Virus record (IMG/VR): IMGVR_UViG_3300044825_000703
Location: 1 to 60,040 of that record
Strand: one strand, 5' to 3'
DNA from: a virus
Taxonomy: Duplodnaviria; Caudoviricetes
Length of the DNA stretch: 60,040 nt
Within the stretch, counting starts at the first letter, position 1. Each line of letters starts with the position of its first letter. A program made the translations under genes and the position numbers. Positions 25,753 through 34,366 of this stretch are shown here, in pieces. The notes below the pieces were generated by a model, which saw nothing but the letters and a program-made list of their open reading frames with translations, searched no databases and was not told where the DNA came from.

Positions 25753-25845
25753 CACATTGTTCCCATGCCATCTCATGTGTGGTATTGTATCGCTAGGTGC
25801 TCACAGCACCGGCCCAAGCCGAGGGGATCTCGGTCGTTAGGAGAG

Positions 25846-28308
25846 ATGATGGATCTTCAACTTAGACCGCACCAGATGAAGTGCGTTGAGGAGCTTCGAG
25901 AGGGGTTCCGAGCTGGTCATAGGGTGCAATTGCTCTATGCCCCAACAGGATTCGGGAAGTGCTTAGGTCGAGACACGCCCGTGATGATGGCGGACGGCAC
26001 GATCAAGGCCGTTCAGGATGTCGTGACGGGCGACTGTGTGATGTCTCCCACCGGAGAGCCGAGGCGTGTGTATGGCACGACCAAGGGCGTCTCAATGCTC
26101 TATCGGGTTACGCCCACCAAAGGATCTCCATACGTCGTCAATGACGAGCACATCTTGTCTCTGAGAATGACTCAGACGGGCGAGATCGTGAACGTATCCA
26201 TCAAGGATTACTTCTCTCGCAGTGCGACCTTCAGGCATGAGGCTAAGGGTTGGCGAGCAGATGCGCTGCCCTTCGAGGAGAGAGAGCTTCTCATCGATCC
26301 GTACATCTTCGGCGTCTGGCTTGGGGATGGGACTTCAAAAGAACCGGCCATCACAACGGCTGACGAAGAGGTTGTCAAAGCCATAGAGGAGTATTCGGCC
26401 CGTACAGGAGGCCGAGTGAGTGTATCTCCTGGCCGGGGGTGCAACACCTATCGGCTGTGCGGTGGGTTGGTTCTGGATGCCTTGAGAGAGCTTAATGTTC
26501 TCGGTAACAAGCACATCCCGCATGAGTACAAAACGGCATCTATCGAGCAGCGGCTCCAGTTGCTCGCCGGGATTGTTGATGCTGACGGGTATCTCAATAG
26601 ATCCGGCTATGAGCTTACCTTCGTGCATGAAAGGCTGGCCGAGGATGTGGCGTTTTTGGCGAGATCGTTAGGCTTTGCGGCCTACGTCAAGCCGTGCAAG
26701 AAAGGGATTCGTTCTACTGGATTCGAGGGTACGTACTACAGAATCTCTATCAGTGGACACGCGGATAAGATTCCTTGCAAGGTAGCACGTCGCAAGGCTA
26801 AGCCAAGAAAGATCAACAAGAACGTCTTGAACGTCGGCATCACTGTCGAGAGGATTGGCGAGGGCGAATACTTCGGGTTCGCTATTGACGGACCGGACAA
26901 GCTCTTCTTGCTTGGTGACTTTACGGTCACACACAATACCGAAGTAGCGATCTATCTCATGAAAGCCGCCGCAGAGAAAATGTCTCGGACTGCGATCATT
27001 ATGGATCGTATCGTGCTGGTGGATCAGACGAGCGACCGGCTAACCCGGTACGCTATCCCTCATGGCGTCTTGCAGGCAAGCCACTGGAACTATGCACCGA
27101 AAAGATTGATCCAAGTCTGTTCGGCGCAAACGCTTGAGAGCCGCGACGAGTTTCCAGAGTTCTCACTGGCAATCATTGATGAGTGTCATTTGGCCCGCAA
27201 GTCAATTACGAACTTCATACGCGAACGTCCAAACATGAAGGTTATCGGCTTGACGGCCACACCGTTTACCAAGGGCCTCGGGCAGATCTATGAGCATGTT
27301 GTCACGGGTGCGAGCACAGAGTTCCTGGTGACAAAGGAATGGCTTGCCCCTCTGAAGGTCTACATCGCCAAGCAGATCGACATGACGGGTGCGAAGAAGG
27401 TGGCAGGCGAATGGTCTCAGGATGTGGCTACAGAGCGCGGCATGAAGCTCACGGGCGACATTGTGGCCGAGTGGATCAAGAAGACCCACGAGATATTTGA
27501 CGGGCCTCGTAAGACGATTGTGTTCTGTTCTGGCGTCGCTCACGGTGCAGACCTTGCCCAGCAGTTCGCCAAGCAGGGCTATCAATTCATCCCGATCTCG
27601 TATAAAGACAACGACGAGTTCAAAAGGGAAGCAATTGCTGACTTTTCCAAGCCGGATACTAAGATCAATGGGCTGATTGCAACTGACATCCTGACCCGAG
27701 GGTTTGATGTGCCGGATGTGATGATCGGCGTATCGGCGAGGCCATTCTCAAAGTCTTTGTCCAGTCACATCCAGCAGCTTGGCCGCGTGATGAGATCGCA
27801 TCCCTCGAAGAAGTTCGGTGTGTGGCTTTGTCACAGCGGGAACTTCATGCGGTTTATGGATACCTGGGATGACGTCTATTCCAACGGCGTTCACGAATTG
27901 AAGGATGATGCTGAGAAGCCTCGACGGGAGCCGACTGATGCCGAGAAGTACAAGTCCAAGTGCCCCAAATGCGGCTTGCTCTGGGTCAAAGGTGCGTTGA
28001 CGTGTGCGGGGTGTGGTTACGAGAAGAAGCCCCCGAGGAGTCAAATCGAGTCTGTAGCGGGCCGAATGGAAGAGCTGGCACGTTGGCACAAGGCAAACGA
28101 TTGGAACCCGCAGAAGTTCTATAGCGAGCTTCTGTGGTACGCCCAGCAGAAGAACTACAACCCCAACTGGGCAGCACACAAGTTCAAAGAGAAATTCGGC
28201 AACTGGCCGAGGGGTTTGAGCACGCAGCCTTCGCCGCCGTCGGCTCAGACCGTGGGATGGATTCGTTCGAGAATGATTGCATATGCCAAATCGAGGAGAT
28301 TCGCGTGA
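25846..28308 (+). CDS. SF2 (DExH, SSL2-like) helicase with intein and C-terminal zinc finger
   Basis: APTGFGK|intein|T, IDECH, GLTATP, QQLGRVMR, CPKC...CAGC. Confidence 0.92.
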   Translation: MMDLQLRPHQMKCVEELREGFRAGHRVQLLYAPTGFGKCLGRDTPVMMADGTIKAVQDVVTGDCVMSPTGEPRRVYGTTKGVSMLYRVTPTKGSPYVVNDEHILSLRMTQTGEIVNVSIKDYFSRSATFRHEAKGWRADALPFEERELLIDPYIFGVWLGDGTSKEPAITTADEEVVKAIEEYSARTGGRVSVSPGRGCNTYRLCGGLVLDALRELNVLGNKHIPHEYKTASIEQRLQLLAGIVDADGYLNRSGYELTFVHERLAEDVAFLARSLGFAAYVKPCKKGIRSTGFEGTYYRISISGHADKIPCKVARRKAKPRKINKNVLNVGITVERIGEGEYFGFAIDGPDKLFLLGDFTVTHNTEVAIYLMKAAAEKMSRTAIIMDRIVLVDQTSDRLTRYAIPHGVLQASHWNYAPKRLIQVCSAQTLESRDEFPEFSLAIIDECHLARKSITNFIRERPNMKVIGLTATPFTKGLGQIYEHVVTGASTEFLVTKEWLAPLKVYIAKQIDMTGAKKVAGEWSQDVATERGMKLTGDIVAEWIKKTHEIFDGPRKTIVFCSGVAHGADLAQQFAKQGYQFIPISYKDNDEFKREAIADFSKPDTKINGLIATDILTRGFDVPDVMIGVSARPFSKSLSSHIQQLGRVMRSHPSKKFGVWLCHSGNFMRFMDTWDDVYSNGVHELKDDAEKPRREPTDAEKYKSKCPKCGLLWVKGALTCAGCGYEKKPPRSQIESVAGRMEELARWHKANDWNPQKFYSELLWYAQQKNYNPNWAAHKFKEKFGNWPRGLSTQPSPPSAQTVGWIRSRMIAYAKSRRFA
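25960..26937 (+). mobile_element. Class 1 intein (326 aa) with LAGLIDADG endonuclease, inserted in the helicase Walker A
   Basis: Starts CLGRDTPV, ends VTHN with +1 Thr; GVWLGDG and LAGIVDADG blocks. Confidence 0.93.
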
Positions 28309-29078
28309 TTACGAACATGCAAGAGCTGATTGTTGCGCTGCGGAAAAAGAACGCTGAAAACCAAACGTCGATCATGCTGGCCGTGCCGATGTTCGGGGGC
28401 ATGTGTCACGGCGACTTCGCGTTGTCGCTGATGCACTCGATTCAGAAGCTTACGGCTTGCGGGTATCACGTTTGCATCGAGGTCATGATGGGGGATTCTT
28501 TGATCCCTCGGGCGCGGAACAGCCTGGCGAAGAAGTTTCTTGATTCCGACATGGATTACCTGATGTTCCTGGATGCTGACATAGTGTTCAATGAGTGGGA
28601 CATATTAAAGCTAATACTTGCAAATCGTGAGTTGTGCGCCGCGAGCTACCCCCGGAAGCGGCTGAATCTTGAGGCATACAAAGAGGCTGTTTTGAAGCTG
28701 AAAGACAGCCCGGAGGATTGGCTTGGGTCATATATCTTCAAGCCCGTTGGACTTGAGGATTCTGACGATGATGGAATGATCGAGGTTAGTCATGCGCCGA
28801 CCGGATTTATGTTGATTCATTCGAGCGTGTTTGAAACGCTGTCCAAGGTTGCAACCCCTTATCAAGATGTGGTGGACGGCCAACTGATCGACGGGTTTGA
28901 TTTCTTTCCCGCTGGGCCAGGGCCGAATGGTATGTACACCTCGGAGGATTACGGCTTCTGCAATCTGTGGACACAGACCGGGGGCAAGATCTACCTCAAT
29001 CCATTTATCCGGCTGAAGCACATTGGATCGTATGCGTTTGACGGTAGCCTTGCGCGACAGGGTTCGGAGGCGCTATGA
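28305..29078 (+). CDS. GT-A fold glycosyltransferase-like protein
   Basis: SLIPRARN, FLDADI (DxD), TGFMLI, SEDYGFC, LKHIG. Confidence 0.8.
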   Translation: MITNMQELIVALRKKNAENQTSIMLAVPMFGGMCHGDFALSLMHSIQKLTACGYHVCIEVMMGDSLIPRARNSLAKKFLDSDMDYLMFLDADIVFNEWDILKLILANRELCAASYPRKRLNLEAYKEAVLKLKDSPEDWLGSYIFKPVGLEDSDDDGMIEVSHAPTGFMLIHSSVFETLSKVATPYQDVVDGQLIDGFDFFPAGPGPNGMYTSEDYGFCNLWTQTGGKIYLNPFIRLKHIGSYAFDGSLARQGSEAL

Positions 29079-29902
29079 CCTTCCAAGAGTTTGCGACCTC
29101 GTTCGGGTTGATCTTGGGGCCGCTTGAGATTGGTCGCTGGGTCTCTGTGCCGACCTTGGACCATCCTCACAAAAAAAATGGCCGATATAAGTTCCTTGGG
29201 GATCGCGGTTGGGTTCAGAACTGGGCGCAGATGATGGAGCCGCAGATGTGGAGGGGCGAATCCTCGGAAGCCGTGGACTTTCGCCGGATCACGGCCAGAG
29301 TTGAGGCCGAGCGCAAATATGCGGCAGAAAGGGCGGCACGAAAGGCCGCGTGGATACTGCACCAGGCCAAGCGCGAAACCCACCCTTATCTGGCATCAAA
29401 GGGCTTTCCGCAAGAACTCGGCCCGGTATGGAACGGCCTCCTATGCGTCCCAATGAGATTGAGCGGTCGGCTTGTTGGTTGTCAGTTCATCACCGACCAG
29501 GGGGAAAAACGTTTCCTCAAGGGTCAGGTCACGAAGGGGGCAAGCCTCACATTCGACGCAGGCGGGGTCGATGTCTTTTGCGAGGGCTTTGCGACCGGCC
29601 TTAGCATCCGCGCTGCCCTCAAAGGGGCAAAGATCCGCTATCGTCTCCACGTCTGCTTTTCCGCAGGGAACATGCAGTTTATAGCGAAGGGCTTCGAGCG
29701 GGGGTTCATAGTGGCTGACCATGATCCGCATGGTGCCGGGGAACTCGCTGCTCGGCTGACAGGTCACCCATATTGGATTTCGCCCGCACTCGGCGAGGAT
29801 TTCAACGATTTTCAGCATCGGGTTGGTCTCTTTTCGTCGGCACAATCCCTACTTGAACGCCTACCGCTGCAACACGGAGAAACTGCTCTTCAATCTGCCT
29901 GA
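29075..29902 (+). CDS. Toprim-domain primase
   Basis: YLASKG, CEGFATG, AGNM, ADHD, DFND motifs. Confidence 0.85.
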   Translation: MTFQEFATSFGLILGPLEIGRWVSVPTLDHPHKKNGRYKFLGDRGWVQNWAQMMEPQMWRGESSEAVDFRRITARVEAERKYAAERAARKAAWILHQAKRETHPYLASKGFPQELGPVWNGLLCVPMRLSGRLVGCQFITDQGEKRFLKGQVTKGASLTFDAGGVDVFCEGFATGLSIRAALKGAKIRYRLHVCFSAGNMQFIAKGFERGFIVADHDPHGAGELAARLTGHPYWISPALGEDFNDFQHRVGLFSSAQSLLERLPLQHGETALQSA

Positions 29903-30119
29903 CCCGCTCGGCGGTCATGCCGTATGCGTTGGCGATCTCCCACAGTGTAGCCCCGTTCGCTCGCATTCTGAGAATGTGCCAATTGCGCTCAGTGTGCCGC
30001 GCCTGCTTCTTGAATAGCTTCCTGAAGTCGTCAAACTCGGGGAACGGTACGAATCGGAACGGTCGATCTGGGCTGCGCTGGGGGATCGGGATCAGCCCGT
30101 TACACTTTCTAAGGTGCAT
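29802..30119 (-). CDS. Sigma70 region-4-like HTH regulator
   Basis: GATLWEIANAYGMTAERVRQIEE. Confidence 0.75.
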   Translation of the reverse strand: MHLRKCNGLIPIPQRSPDRPFRFVPFPEFDDFRKLFKKQARHTERNWHILRMRANGATLWEIANAYGMTAERVRQIEEQFLRVAAVGVQVGIVPTKRDQPDAENR

Positions 30120-30145
30120 TTTTCGCCTCTACTTTAGGGTGCGAC

Positions 30146-30242
30146 AATAACCCTACGGAGCGTAGGGGTGCAACAATGTTGCACTGAAAAACCCTTGCGA
30201 ATCAATGACTTGCAAGGGTGTTTTTTAAATTTCAAGTTTTTT
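30146..30242 (-). repeat. 97-bp conserved element, copy B
   Basis: Reverse complement aligns without gaps to 13951-14047; AATCAATGACTTG (30200-30212) fits the IHF consensus WATCAANNNNTTR. Confidence 0.9.
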
Positions 30243-33088
30243 TCCGCTCCGGCTCGGCCTCGATCAGGGTAGATCGGAGGGCGTGTTCGATGTCGCGCCA
30301 CGCCTCGAATAGTTCTTGTTCTGAGGGTCCGCCTTCTGGTCGGTGCCGTGATACGAGGTTCACGCACCACAGAGCGGTTGCTAGGGCTTTTGCGTTGATC
30401 ATGTTTTCCGCCTTTGCTCGGCTATAAAAAAGGGTGCGCCCCCGGAGGGGCGGGCGTGTTCACAGTGTTGCGCGGTCCGCGAGGGCGTCGGAAATCTCGC
30501 CGGTGCGGTGCAAGTGGTCTACAAAGTCGCAGAAGGCCGCGCGAATATCGGCGGGGCATTCGTTGTGTGTGGCGTACCGGTAGAGTCCGGGCCGGGTTTC
30601 GATCAGTGGGCGGCGTAGTCCGGTTGATTGCCAGAAGGCCGCTCTAACTTGGCGTTGGGTTGTGTGTGTGTACATGGTCACATGTCCTGAATGGCGGCTT
30701 GAATCTTGGCGCGGGTTTCGGGGCTAAATTGCTGGCGAAGGTGTTTCGCAATGTCGCAGCATGCCTTGTAGGTATTCAGGGCCTTGATTGAGTCGTCCGA
30801 ATAGCCCAAGTTATCGCACCAATCCGAAAAGCTTTCGTCTGCCGCGCTCGCGTCATTGAATAGACTATGCAGGACATCCGCCACAGTGGGCCGGACTGGT
30901 CGACCGGTGCGCTTGTTGCGTAGGCCGGTCCCGGTGTAATAGGTCGTAACCCATTGCCCCGCCTTATTGCTCCATTCCTTGCCGACGGTGACCTTCCAGG
31001 CGTCAACGGTGCTCGGCTTGTCATCGCTCCACGGGCTTGGCATTTCCCCGATTAGGTCAATTTTTACGGGCAAGGCTTCAAGGTCGAAAGCGGTTTCGGT
31101 TGTGTGTGTCATGATGTCATTCCCCTTTGTTGATGAAATCAGCGAACAGCCAGACGGATGCGGGAACCCCGCTTGAATCGTGGCGCAAATGCTCGGCGGG
31201 TTTGTCGGTCCCCAGCGGGAAGGTGACCAATCGGGAGCAGGTGAACCCGTGCCGCTCCAGCTCGGCCATGGTGGCCCCGAGGCGGGTCCGTCCGATTGCA
31301 ACCCGGAACCCGTTCGGCAGTCGCTCATAGAATGCGGAGCCCGCAGCGGCGCAGGCGTCCATGATCGCGCTGCGCTCCGGCCAGGGTCGATCAGCGTAGG
31401 CGGTCATTCTGCGGCTTCCAAGTTTGCAAGGGCAGTCCTAGCATGATCGAGGGCGCTGCGCTCGGCGTGACTCAATCCGCCCGACCCGGTCGGACGCATC
31501 GTTACCGCTAAATGCAAGCCCCTCAGTGCTGCGGCCGCGTTTGAGTAGTTGTCCATTGCGACGGCCAATCGCATCAACTCGGCGCGGGCGGCGGCGGATT
31601 CGTCGCCATAGTCACCGTTCCGGGCTATTGAGTCGATCAATAGCGGCATGACCGCTGTCCAGGTCGGGCAGATAAACCACGGGCGGGCCGTGATGCTGTC
31701 TTTCGTTTCCATGTGATCCCCTTTGGCAGTGAGGCGCAAAACACGCCCGAGAGCACCCCGCGAGGCGCTCCCGGTCGGGCTTTACTCCAGCTCGGCGGCG
31801 TAGTCCTCCAGGCTAGTGACCAGTCCGTCGAAATCTTCGGACGGTCCCAGCATTGTGGCCATGAGGTAGACCGTGCGCGGGTCAAGCCCCAGCTCGTCGG
31901 CGAGTGAATCGAGATAGTCGCGGCGGGTCTGAAATCCGTTTTCCTGATAGATCGTCATTTGGCAGTGCTCCAGAGTTTGCGCGCGCCAGTGGCGGCGAGG
32001 GTTAGCCCGATGAGGGCGAGGGGTGCTACAAGGGACAGAGGCGCATGGTCGGCATCAACGGCGGCCATACAAAGCACGACGCCGAGAATGAGCCGGATCA
32101 TTGCGCCACCTCGAATCGCGGAAGGCGTCGAATCCACGCGTCGCCGTCGCGGTAGCTGTAGGGCGTTATCGTGTCGGCTATCCCGAGAGATTGAAGGCGG
32201 TGCATGTCGGCGGCAATCCAGCCGTGACCGGGGTCCTGTACATAGTCCAGTGTCATCATGGTTTCCTCGTGGCAGTGTGACGCAAGGCGCGCCCGTGTGC
32301 CCCCGAAGGGGCAAGCGGTCGGGTCTTACATGTAAACGGCGTGGATCGTGACGCAGGCGCCCATAATGCCGGTGGCCTCGCATCGCGCGAACTCGTCGCG
32401 GTCATCTGTGACGCGCCAGTGCGAGAATGAGAGCTCTCCGGGGGCGTTATCCATGGCGTACGCTTCCAGCCCTTCAATCGCGGCTGTTTCCTCGTCGGTC
32501 AGGTCGGCCTCGCCGTAGGCAATCCACGGGATGAAGTATTCACCGATGCGATAAGCAATGGTCTCTGTGGTCATGATCAAGCCTCCGGGTTAAGGTGGGC
32601 GCGGAGTTCGGCGCGGGTGACGGGTTCACCGTACAGCATAATCGTCCAGGTACAGTCGCGGCCGTCCGCCGCCATATACATGCCGGCCGTGGCATCGCCG
32701 TCGGTGTACTGGTAGGCGATTGCATCCCATGCCCAAGTGTCACCGAGCCACTCCGCGAGCGTGGCGGCGTGTTCGTCATCAAGGTGAGGAATGACTTCCT
32801 CGATCCACTCGGGCCGGGAGATCTCCACAGGGACGCAGGTCAAGGGGAGAGCAAGGGTCCGATGCTCGCACGTCAAGTACAGGTACATGATCATTCCCTC
32901 TCATGGATGAAGTGCCAGACTTGCGAAGGGTGAACCGTCCGAGTCTCGTATTCCGTCCGGGGCTCTAGGTTCCCTGTACGAATGAATACAGGATCCAGAA
33001 CCCGAATGTATCCAGGCAGAACAGTAGAGGGGGAAGCACGATACCCAGCACGATGAAGGGCAGCTATAGCGTCAGCGATTGTCATCAT
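30232..33088 (-). other. Early-gene cluster of short hypothetical ORFs (30232-30402, 30460-30681, 30678-31112, 31117-31407, 31404-31712, 31782-31958, 31955-32101, 32098-32259, 32326-32580, 32577-32894, 32891-33088)
   Basis: Head-to-tail ORFs with RBS or ATGA coupling; 32098-32259 (DPGHGW motif) and 31782-31958 (YQENG...EDFDGLV) were translated manually. Confidence 0.7.
30425..30458 (-). terminator. Probable terminator of the early operon
   Basis: CGCCCC-TCCG-GGGGCG followed by a T run on the - strand. Confidence 0.55.
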
Positions 33089-33302
33089 GAACTCCAGTTG
33101 GCAGTGGAAACGATAGTGTGCCACAAAATTGTGCAAAAGGTTGAAATTTCAAGGGTTCGACCGCATAGGGGAAACCCTAAGAAAAATGTTGTTTTTGCAC
33201 AACACTTTTGCCCCTTTCGTCTCACATTGTGATACTCAACTGCCCCCTGAAACCGTCACGGTATTGTCTGGCGATACCTTGCCTGTTCGCGTTGTGTGGT
33301 CA

Positions 33303-33318
33303 TGTTTCAAGTGAAACA
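33303..33318. promoter_or_regulatory. parS-like palindrome
   Basis: TGTTTCAAGTGAAACA, 15/16 match to chromosomal parS TGTTTCACGTGAAACA. Confidence 0.65.
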
Positions 33319-33544
33319 GTGTCGTGTTATGCCGTCGCAGTGGTAGCCGGGGCGATGGCAGACAGTCGCTGGGCAGGCAATGCAACGCGTATTGTGTGGC
33401 GATACCGTCAGACAGTCGCGGCATGCGTCGCGTCATGATGCGTGGCGGCGGACCGGGGACGTCATGCGGGAGGCGGGGACGGAGACCCCACCGGAGGGGG
33501 ACCCCGTCGTGCGCCCGCGCCTGCGCCCACCCGTATACATTGGA

Positions 33545-33695
33545 ATCCGCACACTTGATGTTCAATATGTACTGACTGGGTCCGCACATTCGACGTCTTA
33601 CTTTTGTCAACTTAGATCCGCGCACTTGATGCTTAACCTTTGTTGATATGGCCTGCCCGTCATCCAAGACGACTTGATACTTGTGTATCCGCATC
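33545..33695 (+). repeat. Degenerate ~35-36-bp periodic repeats
   Basis: (A/G)TCCGC(A/G)C-like starts at 33545, 33580, 33616 and 33687; ACTTGAT recurs. Confidence 0.6.
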
Positions 33696-33771
33696 TACTA
33701 CCTTGGTATTGTTTCTTGATATTTTGACAGTTGGTACGTTCCGATGGGAATATTCGGAGTGGAGGTGTTGT

Positions 33772-34140
33772 ATGAGTAAGTGGAAGGAGGTGTTGGAGAG
33801 TGCGGAGCCGTTGAATCCTGTGCAGATACGGGCGTTGGTGGTGGAGCGTTTGTTGCAACATGCTGTGGATGAAGAGATTAGTCCGGCGCAGAGGTTGAAG
33901 GCTTTGGGGATGTTGGGGAAGGTTACGGAGGTAGGGGCCTTTACTGAGAGGAAGCAGGTAGAGCATGTGAAGGATCCTGGGGTGGTGAAGGATGAGTTGA
34001 TTAGTGCGTTGAGGGCTGCGTTGAAGAATCCGCAGAAAGCGTTGGAGGGGTTGAGGAGGGAGGAGAACAGGGATGTTGTGATAGACCCCCCTCCCCCTGA
34101 AGAAGTTGTGGATGTAGACCCCACCACCCCTGAGAAGTGA
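33772..34140 (+). CDS. Probable terminase small subunit
   Basis: RLKALGMLGK...AFTER motif; GGAGG RBS; upstream of terL. Confidence 0.7.
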   Translation: MSKWKEVLESAEPLNPVQIRALVVERLLQHAVDEEISPAQRLKALGMLGKVTEVGAFTERKQVEHVKDPGVVKDELISALRAALKNPQKALEGLRREENRDVVIDPPPPEEVVDVDPTTPEK

Positions 34141-34159
34141 AATAGGCCCCCTTGTGGAT

Positions 34160-34366
34160 ATGACACCCCGTCAAAAGGAACTGTATGTTGCTATACAGGC
34201 GTTTTGGGATCAGTACGGTTATGGTCCTTCTGTGGATGAGTTACAGAGGATGATTGGGGCCAGGAGTAGGGGCTGGGTGTATGCAACGATGATGAAGCTC
34301 GTTGATCGAGGGCACTGCACGTATTTGAAGAACCAACACCGATCCATCCGGCCAGTCAATGGATAA
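34160..34366 (+). CDS. LexA-type DNA-binding domain protein (no peptidase domain)
   Basis: MTPRQKE...GYGPSVDEL...IGARS. Confidence 0.8.
   Translation: MTPRQKELYVAIQAFWDQYGYGPSVDELQRMIGARSRGWVYATMMKLVDRGHCTYLKNQHRSIRPVNG

Noticed and set aside
30130-30165. XerCD dif-like site
   Set aside because: Only a loose resemblance to the XerC arm; no XerD arm (TTATGTTAAAT).
33545-33695. Possible mini-CRISPR array
   Set aside because: The repeats are degenerate with a ~35-bp total period, leaving no room for spacers, and no cas operon is present.
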